Assembly (NCBI GenBank): GCA_016699205.1
Contig: CP064964.1
Coordinates: 780,001 to 812,000, forward strand
Source: Candidatus Saccharimonadota bacterium
Lineage (GTDB): Bacteria > Patescibacteriota > Patescibacteriia > 2-12-FULL-60-25
Length of the DNA: 32,000 nucleotides
Direction: 5' to 3'
Of this stretch, positions 31,100 through 32,000 are shown in pieces; position 1 is the stretch's first letter; each line of letters starts with the position of its first letter. The notes under the pieces were generated by a model. That model searched no databases. It was given only the letters and a program-made list of their open reading frames with translations, and had not been told where the DNA came from. The translations under genes and the position numbers were made by a program.

Positions 31100-32000
31100 T
31101 TATGCGCGGGCAGAGCGGGAAAGCGATAACCACCAGCGATGGATTTTTGGAAGAGCTCCGCCTTCACCGAGGCGAATAAACAATCGATGCCAGGCGGCGT
31201 ATTGGAAGGTGATCGCAAGCATTCCGGCGATGAATGTCGTGATGAAGAATAGCGAGACAAAAAGCACGAAGCCAAGGTAGACGATGACGGTCGAGTTCAT
31301 GAGAGCGGCGGCGGCCATCAAGAGGAAAATCGGCAAGGCCATCAAGACAAAGGCGAGGGCTCCGGCGGCGAGAATGCCTGCGCCGATGAGAAAGAGAATC
31401 GTTCCAATCTCCAAGGCGTTCAACCAGCCCTGACGAAGTAGGTGCCAGGCGCGCTGCAATGACTCGGTGACGTGCGCGTCCTGAAGAACGATGGCATTAA
31501 GTGCAAAAAGATGAATGGCGGCTAAGGCGACGACAGATACGGCATAAAGGAATGCGCCAAGCGCCGCGAGAACACCCAGACCTGTTACAGGATTGGTTTG
31601 CGATAAGCCGTAAGGGACGAGGAAAAAGAATTTTGCGAGCCAGCCCAAGAAGAGTGTAACGATGTTGAGGGCGAGTACGCGCCAAGCATAACGAGCGCCA
31701 ACGGTGACGCTTTCACCAAAGAGCGGAGCGCGTCCGCGGATTAATCCGCCAAGTCCAAAAGCGAGAGCGCCTTGGCTGATCACGGAAAGTCCGATGATCG
31801 TAGCAATAATCACGATCGCGACAGCGATGCTTTGGACGAGACCGAGTGCGGCGACGGCATTTGGTGCGGCGGCAAATCCTTGATAGAGAATCGTTAGAGC
31901 AGGCGGTATGCCACCAGTTGTAATACCGAGGCTGGTACGTCCGGCTTCACGGAACGTCGTTAAAAGAACATCGTAGATACCGCCTGTGTAAAGCAGTCCG
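31100..32000 (-). CDS. polytopic membrane protein of unknown function (5' end outside window)
   Basis: The minus-strand frame is open from stop 31100-31102 to the window edge; I found no tta/cta/tca triplets in frame between 31814 and 31999. There are six or more long hydrophobic segments. It ends 3 nt before the PilB-like ATG. It shows no GspF/PilC-type soluble helical domains. Confidence 0.65.
   Translation of the reverse strand, partial: GLLYTGGIYDVLLTTFREAGRTSLGITTGGIPPALTILYQGFAAAPNAVAALGLVQSIAVAIVIIATIIGLSVISQGALAFGLGGLIRGRAPLFGESVTVGARYAWRVLALNIVTLFLGWLAKFFFLVPYGLSQTNPVTGLGVLAALGAFLYAVSVVALAAIHLFALNAIVLQDAHVTESLQRAWHLLRQGWLNALEIGTILFLIGAGILAAGALAFVLMALPIFLLMAAAALMNSTVIVYLGFVLFVSLFFITTFIAGMLAITFQYAAWHRLFIRLGEGGALPKIHRWWLSLSRSARA

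Noticed and set aside
29828-31129. 433-aa plus-strand ORF antisense to the PilB-like ATPase
   Set aside because: The minus strand carries the Walker A/B, Asp and His boxes in order. The plus-strand translation is F/D/G/R-rich with no recognisable motif.

Overview
The window reads like a compact, Shine-Dalgarno-poor bacterial genome of about 50-53 % GC. The gene content would fit a small-genome CPR/Patescibacteria-type organism, but that is inference only. All calls come from reading the sequence and recalling family motifs; no searches were run. Nt 1-12149 hold the 3' ~4,050 codons of one giant, extremely repetitive Thr/Ser/Asn/Gly-rich fibre/adhesin-like gene that runs off the left edge. The ORF track splits it into three ORFs (92-1660, 1657-3165, 3162-12149). 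Both breaks are single-base homopolymer differences between otherwise identical repeat copies: T4 at 1614-1617 versus T5 elsewhere, and G3 at 2889-2891 versus G4 elsewhere. The 5' part is a tandem array of ~1.5 kb units, including a perfect 1,020-bp repeat (1-1020 = 3071-4090). Older half-modules differ only at synonymous sites. The 3' part is non-repetitive and looks tail-fibre-like: a Gly-rich region, a jelly-roll-like region, two paralogous beta domains, a coiled coil, a lectin-like end and a PEPEP tail. Downstream lie envelope genes: a LytR_C-domain membrane protein, an 800-aa SpoIID with three N-terminal beta-sandwich repeats, and a membrane-anchored ORFan. Housekeeping genes follow: clpP, nrnA, rbfA, a short hinge-less SMC, rpsP, a KH-domain protein, trmD, a Ca-type P-type ATPase, tRNA-Glu(UUC), a peroxiredoxin, a half-size EamA transporter, tsaD and tsaE. 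Two accessory-looking genes are a GC-rich ADP-ribosylglycohydrolase island and a small GIY-YIG nuclease beside the tRNA. A PilB/GspE-type ATPase follows an unrecognised polytopic membrane protein that runs off the right edge. The KH gene and the PilB gene each carry another apparent 1-nt deletion. That makes four -1 frameshifts in 32 kb, which most simply indicates homopolymer under-calling in the assembly rather than pseudogenes or phase variation. The most interesting object is the giant mosaic fibre gene and its envelope neighbourhood.
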